Shown here: positions 26,084 through 38,939 of the stretch, in pieces
Layout of the letters: every line of letters begins with the position of its first letter
How positions within the stretch are numbered: position 1 is the stretch's first letter
Source: Basidiobolus meristosporus CBS 931.73
Lineage: Eukaryota > Fungi > Basidiobolomycota
Assembly (NCBI GenBank): GCA_002104905.1
Contig: MCFE01000011.1
Span: 197,330-261,329 of the forward strand
Reading direction: 5' to 3'
DNA length: 64,000 bases
The notes under the pieces: generated by a model
Database searches by the model: none
Told to the model about the DNA's origin: nothing
Seen by the model: the letters and a program-made list of their open reading frames with translations, nothing else
Position numbers and translations under genes: made by a program

Positions 26084-27789
26084 ACAAAAGTGAAACGATC
26101 TAATACTGACCAACTTAATTGAGCACCCTCTTTCCCCAAGACCTTCGCCCATCACTATTACTTCATGAACCTAAACCATAATAACATTCGAAACGCATAT
26201 CTCTTAATACTATTATTATGCTCGTACCTCATATCAAATATCACATTTCTCGGAACAATTACCCTTAGCGTGTAGTAAACCATCCCACCTCTCATCAGAA
26301 GATTCGTCCATCAGAGCCACCGTTATCTAACTGAAAAGCTAAGATTGGATCCAACAACGCATATCAACACTTGGCATTGTATATAATCGAATAAAGATCC
26401 CTTTGAGGAAAATGCACAATACGAAGCACTTGTAGTACGCATTTTTATCAGGTGACACGGTTTAAAACGGCGATACTCACTGCGAACCCTTCTATCTACT
26501 TCCAAGCTTTCGACTCTAGCCCCATTTGCAAATACTAATCTGTAAAGCCCCAAATACATCGAATATACTTATCCGGTAGATATCGATTGATATGACCTGA
26601 ATTCAATTTTGTGAAATAGATTTTCCATCGATCCAACCTTAAAGTTAGCTTGATCCATCCTTGAGCCAGAAATCGAACCATCATGGTGATACGATTTTTC
26701 TCGGTGTCAGTCATAGCATCCCAAACGAGTGATTGATGGACAACAATATTTTCGTTGCTGAGCACAACCTCTGAGAAGATTCGGCTATCACTCAGAATAA
26801 CCTAGTCAAGGAATCACAAAATTCCTCATTTCCAAATATAGGTTGATTGTCCCATGGAATTCCAAGGTGCAGATATTAACTATCCAAATATGTATCCTGA
26901 CTTAATTGAAGCCTCGGAGATTGTGGTCTAGCGAAGTATGTGCACCAACTGGCGTTTGTCAAAACGGTATCCAGCTCAACTTGATTTTTTTACTGGTTTT
27001 TTCATTCACTGTCCTTTTTTGTTAGACAACACCTCGCAATGTTTCACTATCAAATCACCTCAACCCACCAGATACACATGGCAGTGACAAAAATAAACCT
27101 CGATCGCAGGAGGAATACCTCATTTTGAGTGGATCTTATCGATGCCATATCGGATTAGTACTGGCCATTTCGATTCCTGAAGCGTGTGCACACTTGGATC
27201 ACTCAGCAGTCGTGCTTCCTGGAAAATTAAGCAAGATGTGTAGTTGAAAACTGCTGCTATGCATTGATATATTTATAGTAGCAAGCAAAAGACCAAAATA
27301 CTACGGAAAGCCTAGATAGATATTGATAGAGATGATGATCCCACTCGAGTTGAAAAGGCGATTCTCTAGTGGACGGAGCGGAGAAGCAGGTCCTCTCTAG
27401 AGATTTACCACACTTACATTTTTACTCATCGTTTCTTTATTAACTAGTTGTGTTGTTTATCGTTGGTATCATTTCTGATAACAGATCTATTTCTACATAT
27501 GTGTTGATTATGGGGGTGACAGTATGGTTGTCCTCATCATATACGTGAGTATGGCGGAGGATCCTGCGAGAAATAAGACATTTGATCCAGTCTATCACAG
27601 GAAATACGCAAATTTAATGTCCAGAGTTTATCTCATCAAGCTTACTGAGGTTCGGGAAAATTCATATATATAGCCTTTTCACGTGAGCCACCCAGATCAT
27701 AAGCTCAAGCCACATTACCTTGTGTTTATTTAGGAGTACAAATTATTTTAAACTGGTGAACTCGATTTCTAAGGCAATCCGCAGTAGCG

Positions 27790-28017
27790 TCAATGGTTAT
27801 GGGTAAGTTGTTTTATCAAGGCTTCGTGTTGATTAGCCATAGTGTGATGATAAATTGCTCTTTTAATACTCAACGGTTGACCAATTGTCATAGGATGAGG
27901 GCTATGTATATTTTGGCTTTTGGTGCAACCGTTGGAGTTGAATTCGTATTGTGTATGGGATGGAATCTCGCCTGTGGAGTTTTGAGCTTCACTCGACGGG
28001 GTGTATTGGTTGTACAT
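27790..28017 (-). CDS. Microprotein family member 1 (75 aa)
   Basis: Shares the ungapped motif G-x2-[VL]-S-[VI]-x2-[AM]-x-YH-[HR]-x-[ML]-x10-[LI]T with three other ORFs; TATA-like run at ~28090-28098. Confidence 0.55.
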   Translation of the reverse strand: MYNQYTPSSEAQNSTGEIPSHTQYEFNSNGCTKSQNIHSPHPMTIGQPLSIKRAIYHHTMANQHEALIKQLTHNH

Positions 28018-28677
28018 ACTAATTTCAAACTAGAATCCAACTCGAGTCAAGAGGATTGGTATGTAATCAAGAGATTGCGCACGCTTGAGTATATATATGA
28101 AAACCACTTCACTATGTGACCAAGCTACGGTAATCTTTACGTCAATTGAGTCAGAGGACGCTATTTATCTATTTGTAGCGGCCAAATGAATGTCATACAT
28201 GGGAATCTGGATCGTCATTTGTTTATATCAAAATTTAGTATTTAAGCGCAGGAGTGAAGCAAATCAGTACTCAAGGTTCACCATGAAACAGTGATTAACA
28301 ATCCGTAACGAAGTAACATGCGAAGGTCAAATAGCCAATATACATAGAGGTAGTGGACTGATGAAGTGAACGGGAAGAGCGATAGCATAGGTAACATCGC
28401 CTTAGAAGTCGTCGATATATAAAAAGCAGCAACCAAGTGTGTTAGGCTATGTGATTGCTAATTCTCTTGCATACTCATCAACCATGCTCCACAGAAAATG
28501 TATGCGTTAAAGTCTCGTTACGCCATAATTACATCAATTCCTAGAGTAATTATGACGTGGATGAACTAAATATTCTGCTCACGACTCATATAAACCAACA
28601 AGCGGCCATCGCTTGTTAGACTCAATTTCTAACCATTGACATACACACCAATCACTATCTGAAGTTCCTTTAGGAAT

Positions 28678-28911
28678 ATGACACAACCTTCTCAAAGTAT
28701 TCTGGACGACTTGAACTACCACTACTACCCATCCAATCATTCAAATATCCTCACCAGACATAACAACACACCAAAGTCTCAATGTACCTGGAATGGACGT
28801 TTAGTTAGTGTAGAGGAGATGGAATATCATCACAAGATGAAGTGTAAATGCCAAAACTTGATGAGAAAGATTACTGACGAGGGCAGATACTCTGACTCGA
28901 ATGAAGGATAG
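28678..28911 (+). CDS. Microprotein family member 2 (77 aa)
   Basis: TWNGRLVSVEEMEYHHKMKCKCQNLMRKIT; CATATAAA at 28587-28594. Confidence 0.65.
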   Translation: MTQPSQSILDDLNYHYYPSNHSNILTRHNNTPKSQCTWNGRLVSVEEMEYHHKMKCKCQNLMRKITDEGRYSDSNEG

Positions 28912-29135
28912 CCCTTTTTAGGCTGACTTTGTAACGAATAAAGTGTTAGATTACTTCATGATAATCTGAAGAATGATTTTATTCATGTCCTTCACGAATG
29001 CTATTTTCACCATTATTCCACATGGATTATAATAATACATGGAGCTATGTTTGATTAAACTTCTAGGCAGTAGCGTTTTATGTAAGGTTTGGTTGGTAGT
29101 GGAAACGAAAGGTATGACGAAAATCTTGAGTCATT

Positions 29136-30414
29136 TTACTCGATTAAATTTAAGTTACGTTCAGAAGGTACTTGGGCTTCAGCCATCTTTGCAGTTGTAT
29201 TCACTACAGCACAAAATGTTAATACCAACTCTACTATTTACCAAAAGCAGGTAAAACAACTTACAATGGGATTTCAATCCCTTTCCAAAATTAAGGTAAC
29301 ACTGAATAGTCATGATGATAGTTATGAAAATCATGACCAAGGATAACGAAGCTGAAGGTAAACTCTCGGTTAACGGAATTTCTGGGAAAATTATAAGAGA
29401 AAACTTTACCAAAGAAAGATAGGAAAATGATGGTCGATTTGTATTTCCTCTCTGTTCTCTTCTGTTGTATCCGTATCAGCTTGAAGATAAAGTACCCTGC
29501 ACCACAACACAAGCCCAACAAGAAGAATACTGTAGCAACTCGGTTCTCACGTCGAATACAGTATATTGCCAAGACTAGGGTAATTATAATAATAGGAAGC
29601 GAGGCTATCGTGATGGGTGTCTCTGGATCGCTATCGCCTAGGACCAATACCAAGAACTGAATACAGAAGCCGAGGAAGAAAAACACGTCAAGCTTCACCA
29701 AAGTGAGGAAGATCTGATATGTGCGATATCGAGCTTCATAGAGCATTTGTTAGGTACTTGCATCAATCCAGGAAGCCATTTGAAGAAACTTACATTTCAA
29801 TCTAACATCTGCGCCGATTCGCTTGTAAATATTCCATCCGAATTCCCGGTAAAGACCGTATCCAACCCATAGATACAGAAGGAAAAAAACGAACATAATA
29901 ACCGCAATAGAAATGGTCAGATTCTGACACATCTTCCCTGGAGCCCCCTCAATGCCTGAAATTTGGCTCAGCTGGTGGTATTGGATCAGCGAGTAGCAGA
30001 AGCACGACAGGTTGAATAACATAAGTGCAATGATCTGGATTGTGTTTTGGTGTCGCAACTAAATTCAAGGTCAATCAAAAAGCACTTGCCCGTAAAATAT
30101 AATGACAACACTTACAGCATCCCATACCAGTACAACCTGGAAAAGTTGTGAGCTAATGAAAATGATGAAATACACTAATAAGGTGTAATTATCAGAGTTG
30201 TCATGATAGAGTTTATTTGCGTAGGTATACGCTATAAGGGACTCCAGCACCACTACGACCACGGTCTCCAATATCGACAGAACTAACGAAGCTTTGGGGT
30301 AGTTCACTTTGAAATTCTAGTGCAGAAAACGGAAGTAACTGAAATATTAACCACTGAGAGCCGCATAGAATTGTAGAGCAGTACCAGAGAAGACATGTTC
30401 TTAATTACCTTCAT
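29136..30414 (-). CDS. Multi-pass membrane protein, UPF0658 (Golgi, S. pombe C1952.10c-like) family, multi-exon
   Basis: Exons read FQVVLVWDA, QNTIQIIALMLFN, LYREFGWNIYKRIGAD, YQIFLTLVKLDVFFFLGF, IRREN, NFGKGLKSH. Termini inferred from splice sites. Confidence 0.75.
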
Positions 30415-31372
30415 TTTCAAGCGCCTTACAAGCACATATTCCGGGATTTGGTTGGCTTTGAGGAAAATACCAAGGCAAGGTATGTGATGACTTGTTATGA
30501 GAATGAGTTTCAACAGAAATGTACCTCACGATGTTCTTATTAAGGATATTGGGCTAATATGAAAATGGGCGCATATCCATATTAGAGTTATCATTTTCAA
30601 ATTGAGACAACCCCCTACTATGTTTTGATTCAAGAGAGCCTGATTGCGAGCACATCAGTACTATATAGAGAAGCTGTAAATGCTCGATTCATAAACACTT
30701 TCACAAACGGTCCTCATGTGAATAGCCAAAGCGCAATGAGATTAGCTGGTTTCCACTGAAACTGAATGCATACACCATGACTTGTGTCGCTTCTATCACA
30801 ATTTCCTAAACTGTCAGTATCATCTAAGTTGCCACTATCCATATTAGAGCGGCCAGGTCCCATGCGCACTATACTATGTCTGGGCTAGGGCATACGGGTT
30901 TTTTCAGGAATATCGTTGCCAATGAAATAGCATCGTAATAGCCTCAAACTAGCCCCTACATCTTTGCATCTCAACTATCTGTCTTAAATAGCACACTTGC
31001 CTTTTATACTACTCCAGTCCCATCAAGCTGAAAGCTGAACCAAGCCCGCTGATGTATCTCATGAAAAGCAGGTTTCAAAACAAGCTATATCAAGAGAAGG
31101 AATCATTTTACACTCAATGGCACGCTGTATTCGCTACATGAAGGGCTGTATGCACTCAGTGGTAGAAATAAACCAGACCTATTTGCAACATTTCACTAGT
31201 TGAAAATCGACTCACAGCACATACTTTCATGTAAGAAAAGACTTTAATCCAGCTTAAACCAGCATGATGCTTCACCATTTACCAAGCGGACGAAACGAGA
31301 CTTTTTTAATGTGTGTATTTTCATCGACGATGTGTGACAGACACAACAATGGCCAATTTAGAAATGTGATAT

Positions 31373-31738
31373 CTAGTTATCTTCGACGACTTCGGTTTGG
31401 AGACCCTTGTAGGAAGTGACAGGAACAAATGTCACGTAAGTGTAAAGCTTCTCCTTAGCATCCTCATCGTCGTTACGTCTACGAGCAAGACGAACACGGA
31501 TACGACGTTGGACGTTACGAATACCGTGGCTCCATACTTGCTTGTTTACAGAAGGATCCAAGCGGACATCAACAGTGCCCATTTGCTTAGTAGCAAAGGC
31601 CTTGATGGCCTTCACAGCAGTGGGAGCCTTCTTCTTGAAGGAGCGGTCATGAATGAGCTTGTGAAGATGGATAGTGTATTCTCTGGTGACAACGTCAGAA
31701 AGAGTAGAGCGCTTGGTACCCTTTTGTTCCTTTGCCAT
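31373..31738 (-). CDS. RPL31: 60S ribosomal protein L31 (eL31), intronless
   Basis: [83 protein letters not shown]. Confidence 0.98.
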   Translation of the reverse strand: MAKEQKGTKRSTLSDVVTREYTIHLHKLIHDRSFKKKAPTAVKAIKAFATKQMGTVDVRLDPSVNKQVWSHGIRNVQRRIRVRLARRRNDDEDAKEKLYTYVTFVPVTSYKGLQTEVVEDN

Positions 31739-32348
31739 TGTCTAATGCGACGATGGATGGACAATAAAAGTAATTCGATGTAAGAAACTGCGCTGCTCTA
31801 TATTACATTCAGTCGAAAATTTGAAATTCTTACCAAGAATAATCGCTTGGTTGGAAAACTGCGAGAGAAAGGAAGATGGGAAATTCGTGCGATGGTATTA
31901 ATTGAATGGAATTCGAATGGCCTTGATCGGAATGAACCAATAGAATACAGTGTTCATTCCCTTTTCAATCAGGTTGAAAAAAACCAGCACTTATCTTAAA
32001 TTCACATCATGATGAATACAACTTAACACGATTATTCTGCATTGTATCACGAGTTAAACTAATTACAATTTCTAAATGTATTTTGTGGTGTTCTCTTAAA
32101 TTGGGGAATATATGCATTTAGAATGTGGCTTTGATGTTTACAGACATGGTGCTTGTAATACGAAATATTGTTCCAGATATTTTAGATATTTCTCATGAAC
32201 AGGTTTGGCTAAACCAATATTTCTTCTCTCTAAAGATTCATAACATCAAGAGCCTTTCGGCACTTTTATCTATATTCGCGTTTTTATTTCTTATTTCCTT
32301 ATACGACCCAAATCCATTTCATTCGGCTGACTTTCTCGAAGACAGTAA

Positions 32349-35300
32349 ATGTCTGATCCACACCAATCAAACAAAAGCCTTGGTAATGAGCCTTCAAATG
32401 CTTCCGAACTACTGAACAATCTACAGGGCAGGAGGACTGGAAAACTCCCAGAAAAATCGTCTGGTTTTAGTGGAATTGCAAACTCTACTCGTTCTCTATT
32501 TCGTAGCATACTGGGTAATGGTGTAACCAACGGAACAACATCAAACGCTAATCTTGCAAACTTACTTTCCAACAAACCCGGAAACTCGACTTCAGTCAAC
32601 CGAGATACTTCTGGTCCGTTGGAAGGTTCTAGTCAATGGGCAGAGGCCATTAACAATACTTCACACCCTGTAGCTTCAGGTGGCTCTTCGACTCAATCCA
32701 ATTTCAACACAATTATTCAACGGGAGGTTACTATACCGTCCCTTGAAGATGAGTTAAATCGTTTCACGGATGTCGGCACTTCCTCCAATTCAGGAGAAGG
32801 AAATGAATTCGAAAGTATTCATGAAAATACTTTGGATATCTCGCTCGCATCCGAACTTCCAAACTTTTCTGTTCATAGCGAAAACTCTATCGGGGCCAGA
32901 TTTCCTCTTAATCGGTTTTCATTGAAATCTGCCCCACATGTTGGTCTATGCGTAAATAGCACTGAACCTTCGTTAATCACTTCAGACAAAAACACCTCAC
33001 TCATTGCTGAGAAGAGAGCTTATGCCTGGGCCGATGAATTCCTGAGTCAGTTCAGTGAGAGTTCAGGTGAAAGTCATACGACGGAGAGTATTGGCAAACA
33101 CCGCGATGCCCCTAATCTTAATGAAGATACATCAAGTGCCCAGGGTGAGCAATATCTTAACGAATCGCTCGACATCCAAAGGAATATTGACGACAAACCA
33201 TCAAATTCAAATGCACACATTTCATTGGAGAGTATGATCCAAAGCCCAGATTTCTCTACATCTGAGCTGACTGTTCCCCTACAGGATGATATGGCTCTAG
33301 AAGAAACCTGGCGACAAACAGATTATAATGATGGTATAGACGCTGGGAGCAGCTTGACCCGTGAAGATCCTCTGAGAGATTATAGTGAATATTCAGACGG
33401 TGCTGACATTGTGGCACTCTTGAATGGGGGAAGCTTTCCTGCAGAGTTATTACCGACACCTTTCGATATATCTGTTGTAGAGCAATCACCAACGCAAGCC
33501 AATAACGTTCACAATGACTCAGAATGGATAGCTGAGTTTAATCAAGAAGATAAAGGACGCCAAGTCGATTTATTAACAGAGGCTGAAGGACAGGAAGCAG
33601 TAGATTCTTGGGCTTGGACGTCTGAATTTGAAAGGCAATTATCAACCGAACCCGAAATGCCACTTTTCGAAACTTCCGAGGTTAACGATGGGGCTGATGT
33701 CATTTCATTCCTGAACAGCACAGAATTCCCAGAAGAGCTTTCAGTGCAGCTGGATGAGGCTTCCAATTTCGCCAACGCGTGGCACGATTCAACCACAGAT
33801 CAGGAAAATAACTTTGACTGGTCCAGCGAGTTTAATTGTGACCAAAATGTACCCACTAACGAGAGCTGGGATGATACAGAGTTGGAGTCTGCTTCCGACA
33901 AGGTCTTCGATGAGGCTCAGGCTCAATTCATTTCAAAGCAAAGTGGTGTTTTGCATAGTGGCAATAGCAAGGATCTTTACCTTGACAATTCTGAAGTAGT
34001 GGATGGTGGAGATGTGATCGCTTTCCTGAATAGTGAGCATTTTCCTGATAGTCTTATACCCAGCGAAGACGCGCTACTATCCGAAGGAATGTCAGAGTTC
34101 GAAACCGAGCTGGAGAAAGACACTACAGCAGGCTGGTTAGCAGAGTTTAATCACGCTCACGCTGATATCGAAGAGAGTGACGGCAATGATGTGGTCGCTT
34201 TTCTTAACAGCTCAGATTTCCCCAAGGAACTTACAAGTAATCCTGAGGATATGGCAGATATGGAGCGGGCATGGAATTCTTCCCTGGAGGCAGATTGGTC
34301 GACTGAGTTTACGAATGCCGACACAGAGGACGATGCTATTAATGATAAATCAATAGGCTCCCCACGTTCATTAGACAAGTGGCTAAAAGAGTTCAACGGA
34401 AGTGAAACAGAAGACGACTTCTTGAAGCCAGCTATTGCTTCTAACCGTTCAACAGATGTAAATACGTATTTTGGAGATGGTTATTTCAACTACATTAAGG
34501 AAGAAGACACAGGTCTCATTGTGGACGGAGCAGAAGTGGTTGAATTCCTAAGTGCAGGTGCATTCCCTTTGGAGCTCACTCCAGATATCACAGATTTAGA
34601 CGAGGTATCGGAAATGGAAGTCAAAGTAGTTGAAAGCTGGTTCAACGAATTTCAAAAATACGATCCAGACTCGCAAAATTTGGTTCGTGATATCGCTGGA
34701 GACAATTCAGACCTTACAGAAGACGAGATGAACCTTCAGTGGGATCACCAATTTCTTCGCCCTCCCTACCTGGATGAAGATTTAATTTCGGAACTGAGCG
34801 AATCCCGCCCACCTACTCCGCCTGATGGTTTTGAGGTGGTGGCATTTCTAAATCACTCTGATTTCCCGACAGAACTGACAACTAAGACGCCGGTACTCTC
34901 CACTCATGACTCAGTCAAAATCCATTCGTTTACGGAGGACCAGGTCAACCAGTCCCATTTACAGCGTTGGCTTGATGAATTTGAAGACGGCCAAGACGGT
35001 ACTAAAGAGAATCCAATTGCTGGGTGGGTAAGCGAATTCTCAGAAATCCAGGATCTAATACGTCAGGAGATAGATCAGATTGACAACATTGACAATGAGG
35101 AGTTGAGTTTCGATACCTATCATGAGTATACATCTGTATTCTCTCCCAGAAATCATGGGTTTTCCATGTATCACGGCAGTAGTGGTCAAACGCAAGCGGC
35201 CCTGGATTCCTTCGATAGTTGGACCCGTGATTTCCTGCAGGCCGAGTTCGAAAACAAAATCACAGGTGATAATGAAGGGATTTATTCGGAATCTTCTCCA

Positions 35301-35621
35301 TTGAGCGTTCAGCGCTCAGACAACTTGGATGGTACTTCCGATCACATATATATGCTGGACAAAAAGGGATCAATTGGATCCACAATCAAGGACCTTATTC
35401 AGGAGATTGCTAATGAAATTTCGGCAGAGGATTTCCTATATAACTTCGATTATCAAGAGGAGTCTAACAACAAGCCCATCACGACGCACCCGACTGTCCA
35501 AACGTATGCTTCTGGCGACATCAGATACGAGTTTACAGAGAAAGTTGGCTTTAACTCGGAGGTTACCAAGAAGAACGCTCTGGATAGACTTCAACAGCTA
35601 AGGAAACATATTCTTGGCTAG
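32349..35621 (+). CDS. Large acidic, probably disordered protein with 12 WxxxF motifs and six DGxD/EV-FP repeats
   Basis: 1090-aa uninterrupted ORF; see finding. Confidence 0.85.
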   Translation: MSDPHQSNKSLGNEPSNASELLNNLQGRRTGKLPEKSSGFSGIANSTRSLFRSILGNGVTNGTTSNANLANLLSNKPGNSTSVNRDTSGPLEGSSQWAEAINNTSHPVASGGSSTQSNFNTIIQREVTIPSLEDELNRFTDVGTSSNSGEGNEFESIHENTLDISLASELPNFSVHSENSIGARFPLNRFSLKSAPHVGLCVNSTEPSLITSDKNTSLIAEKRAYAWADEFLSQFSESSGESHTTESIGKHRDAPNLNEDTSSAQGEQYLNESLDIQRNIDDKPSNSNAHISLESMIQSPDFSTSELTVPLQDDMALEETWRQTDYNDGIDAGSSLTREDPLRDYSEYSDGADIVALLNGGSFPAELLPTPFDISVVEQSPTQANNVHNDSEWIAEFNQEDKGRQVDLLTEAEGQEAVDSWAWTSEFERQLSTEPEMPLFETSEVNDGADVISFLNSTEFPEELSVQLDEASNFANAWHDSTTDQENNFDWSSEFNCDQNVPTNESWDDTELESASDKVFDEAQAQFISKQSGVLHSGNSKDLYLDNSEVVDGGDVIAFLNSEHFPDSLIPSEDALLSEGMSEFETELEKDTTAGWLAEFNHAHADIEESDGNDVVAFLNSSDFPKELTSNPEDMADMERAWNSSLEADWSTEFTNADTEDDAINDKSIGSPRSLDKWLKEFNGSETEDDFLKPAIASNRSTDVNTYFGDGYFNYIKEEDTGLIVDGAEVVEFLSAGAFPLELTPDITDLDEVSEMEVKVVESWFNEFQKYDPDSQNLVRDIAGDNSDLTEDEMNLQWDHQFLRPPYLDEDLISELSESRPPTPPDGFEVVAFLNHSDFPTELTTKTPVLSTHDSVKIHSFTEDQVNQSHLQRWLDEFEDGQDGTKENPIAGWVSEFSEIQDLIRQEIDQIDNIDNEELSFDTYHEYTSVFSPRNHGFSMYHGSSGQTQAALDSFDSWTRDFLQAEFENKITGDNEGIYSESSPLSVQRSDNLDGTSDHIYMLDKKGSIGSTIKDLIQEIANEISAEDFLYNFDYQEESNNKPITTHPTVQTYASGDIRYEFTEKVGFNSEVTKKNALDRLQQLRKHILG

Positions 35622-36665
35622 TCCCCTGACGCATGTTCCCAATCAGCCATATCCATCATCACACAATTTTCAAGTTATACGTTGCACTATTCAAACATCA
35701 TGCCTATCTTCTATTTGTACATAATAACAGCTATATGTGAGTTTTCTTCAGTGGCATGTATCTTCAAGTACTCACCAACAGTAAAGATCAATGATTGTTG
35801 GGAAATCATTCAGACTCCCAGTCAAAGTGATAACGATGCGGATATCCATGGCTATAATGCATTGCATCAGGGAATAGATCTGGAGATTCGCTGAATCCTT
35901 GTGCACTTGAGCCGATCAATTTATCCAAGCTGAGCTTAGGGTGAAACTCTCCTTGCTTGCATGTGGTGCTCATCAGCAACCGTGGAATCATGGATGTGGC
36001 TGCTTCAGTCGTATATTCAATAATCCTTAACAACAACTCGGAAATATATCGACTTAATAGCATCCCCACATACACTTGCCATTGCACATGCCCATGAAGA
36101 TACTGCTGGTTTTCGGTGCCACTCTAGCTGGATTGGAATGCCTATGGTGCTTTTCGTATATGAGCTCACCCATAGAAAGTTCTGAACTGTATCGCGAGAT
36201 GCAATGCACTTTATCCGCAACTGTGCACCTACCACGAATACGAGTACGTTGACCTCTGAACATGACTCGGTAAAACCTGGTTGCAGCATATCACAATGTT
36301 TCGCCCTTCCAAAAATGCGCATTTTACGCCACCATTCCGGACTTTTCATATTGGAATACTTGGTTTAATATAAACCCTAGAAAGTTTCATATCCTTCGAT
36401 GAACCAGAGACTAAACAAGTTTGTCAGAATCTCAATAAGCACACCCCTTGAAGTAAACCCTGCACATTTTGCAGTCTCCAACCTCAAACTCACGTTACCT
36501 ATTTTAATTACTGATATGGATGTAGAAGGTCGAGGAATCAAACAAAAGGACCATGAGCCCGTCAGAAGAATGAAAACATCGTTCCCCCTCCACCCTTGAT
36601 GAAATCTTGTAAATAAGAGTTATTCTTGTTTTTGCGTTTCTTGTCTCACCATTCACCACATAATT

Positions 36666-38299
36666 ATGGGCGTAAAACAACATTCGGAATATCCCTCCAC
36701 TGTTGAAAAGGGGTCCAACTCAGAAGACCAGGATTCCAATCCTTTCACTAGATTGCCCGAGACTGATCACGTCGCTCTACTGTCCACATCCAGCTCCCCC
36801 AGAGAGCTAAATGAAGATTCATCCAAAGCTCGCTTCACATCACCCGATATCTCGTACCGTTACCATCCAACTTCAATGGAAAAGCCTCGAAGCGCTTCTG
36901 CCTCATCGGGAGAAGGCGAGACTTTGCTGAAAAAAATCTGTCTCAATCTGTTTTACATCCTCACCTGGTGAGTTCACGACCATATTAACAAATGAACCAT
37001 CCAACTAATTTTCCTCACAGGTATATATTCTCGACCGGGATCTCCTTATACAATAAATGGATGGTAGATAAAAATCATTACAACTTCCCCTACCCATTGT
37101 TCATCACGTCGATGCATCAAGTAATGCAGTTTGTGTGCTCTGGCTTGTGCTTGCTCATCTTCCCAGCTTTAAGACCCACTATATATCCATCAAAAAAAGA
37201 CTACACGTAAGTACGAGCGTATGTACGTTTCCCAATCGAATCACCTAACCTTTCCACCCTTGATAATGCAGAACCAAAATTGTTCCTTGTGGTGTGGCAA
37301 CTGGGTTCGACATCGGACTTTCTAACTCCAGTCTCAAAACCATTACCTTATCTTTCTACAGTAAGTTCCTGATATGCCTCAGAATAATGCTCCACTCGGT
37401 CGCTAACCACGAACGTCAACAGCAATGTGTAAATCATCGTCGTTGGCGTTTGTATTAATGTTCGCTTTCATGTTCAAACTTGAAAGACCTACGTTCTCTC
37501 TGATTGGAATAATATTTATAATATCATTTGGTGTCTTGCTAATGGTCACGACGGAAACATCGTTCGCACTTGTTGGGTTCGTAATTGTGTACTCGGTTCT
37601 TGATATTGGAATCTAACACTCCATCTTTTCATATAGATTCATTCAAGTCATGACAGCTGCACTACTTGGTGGCCTTCGGTGGTCCTTAACCCAGATCCTA
37701 CTAAAGAAGGATTCAATGGGACTTCATAACCCAATTCTCACCATCTTTTTCTTGGCCCCCATCATGTGGGGAGCTTTGCTGCTGTGTGCGTTCTATACCG
37801 AAGGCCTCGGAGATATGCTAAACTCTCCATTCTTTAAGGACTTCATCACCTCATCTCACACAATATGCGCCATCCTCCTCGGTGGACTGATGGCCTTTTT
37901 GATGGTTTCCGCCGAGTTCATGCTAATCTCTCGCACCTCAGTGGTGACACTTTCAGTGGCAGGTATCTTCAAGGTAAGAAAATTCCTGGGTGTGTAGGTC
38001 AGTTCTCAAATACCTAACATGACGAGAACTTTTAGGAAGTCCTTACGATATTTGTTTCGATCGTCACATTCGGTGACAAAGTGACTGGAGTCAATATTAT
38101 TGGCTTATGTGTGACTTTATTTGGTATCGGGTTGTATAACTGGCTAAAGATGCACCAAATGAAAAGAAAGACTGCCGACGCCGAATATAGCAAAATTAAT
38201 GATATGGCTCTAGGGGAAGATGGCACGTTTATGCCTAATGCCACCGCAGAATGGGATGAAGAAACGCTAGAGGTGACTAAAACACAGTGGAACCATTAA
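36666..38299 (+). CDS. SLC35C2-like / triose-phosphate-translocator-family nucleotide-sugar transporter, multi-exon
   Basis: FSTGISLYNKWM...FPYPLFITSMHQVMQF, DIGLSN.SLKTITLSFY, MCKSSSLAFVL.FAF.FKLE, GLRWSLTQILL, TSVVTLSVAGIFK. Confidence 0.9.
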
Positions 38300-38702
38300 A
38301 GCTGACTCAAACAACTAGCCCATCATGTTGGGCGTTGAAAGTCTACTATCACCATACAGACTGTCAGCTTACGACCAAGTCCTATTACTGCTACTTCACA
38401 TGAATTGACTGCTATCATGACTTGTACCTTGCCTGTTCAATTGCCCTCTTTTTATTAAATGTTTAGACGGCATATTGCCATTAAACGATCTTCTGCAGAA
38501 TCCCTTCCGAATCGGGGTAATTCTCCATTTGGATGGATTGCTTCATTCATCGAGAATTCAAAGTGGTCGTTACAACATTTGTTCTTTATTGTACATTGTG
38601 GTATTGCTAACATAGTGTTCACTTTGGATTATGTTGGATGTGTATGTACATGGGATTACGAAAACCAGTAGATCATGTGGCGGATATTTATATAGAGGAC
38701 CA

Positions 38703-38939
38703 TCAATCGTCACCAGTAAGCTTCATCACGACATACTTGCATTTCATGGCCAGACTGCGATGGTAGATGGCTTCTTCAACGCTCACGCGTTTGCCGTGGA
38801 GGGTGTAACTGACCTTGGAAGAAGGAGGTTTGGTTTGCACAGTCTTAGTGGTTTGTTTGTTTTTGTGGGCGTTGTAGAACTGGTTGACACTCTGCTGAGC
38901 GCAGGAAGTGTTGTTAAAGGATTTACTTTGTTGAGTCAT
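38703..38939 (-). CDS. Microprotein family member 3 (78 aa from ATG at 38939)
   Basis: MTQQS...KVSYTLHGKRVSVEEAIYHRSLAMKCKYVVMKLT; TATATAAA on the minus strand at 39001-38994. Confidence 0.65.
   Translation of the reverse strand: MTQQSKSFNNTSCAQQSVNQFYNAHKNKQTTKTVQTKPPSSKVSYTLHGKRVSVEEAIYHRSLAMKCKYVVMKLTGDD

Noticed and set aside
31397-31783. 128-aa + strand ORF and many similar antisense ORFs in the track
   Set aside because: Shadows of real genes on the opposite strand (here RPL31).
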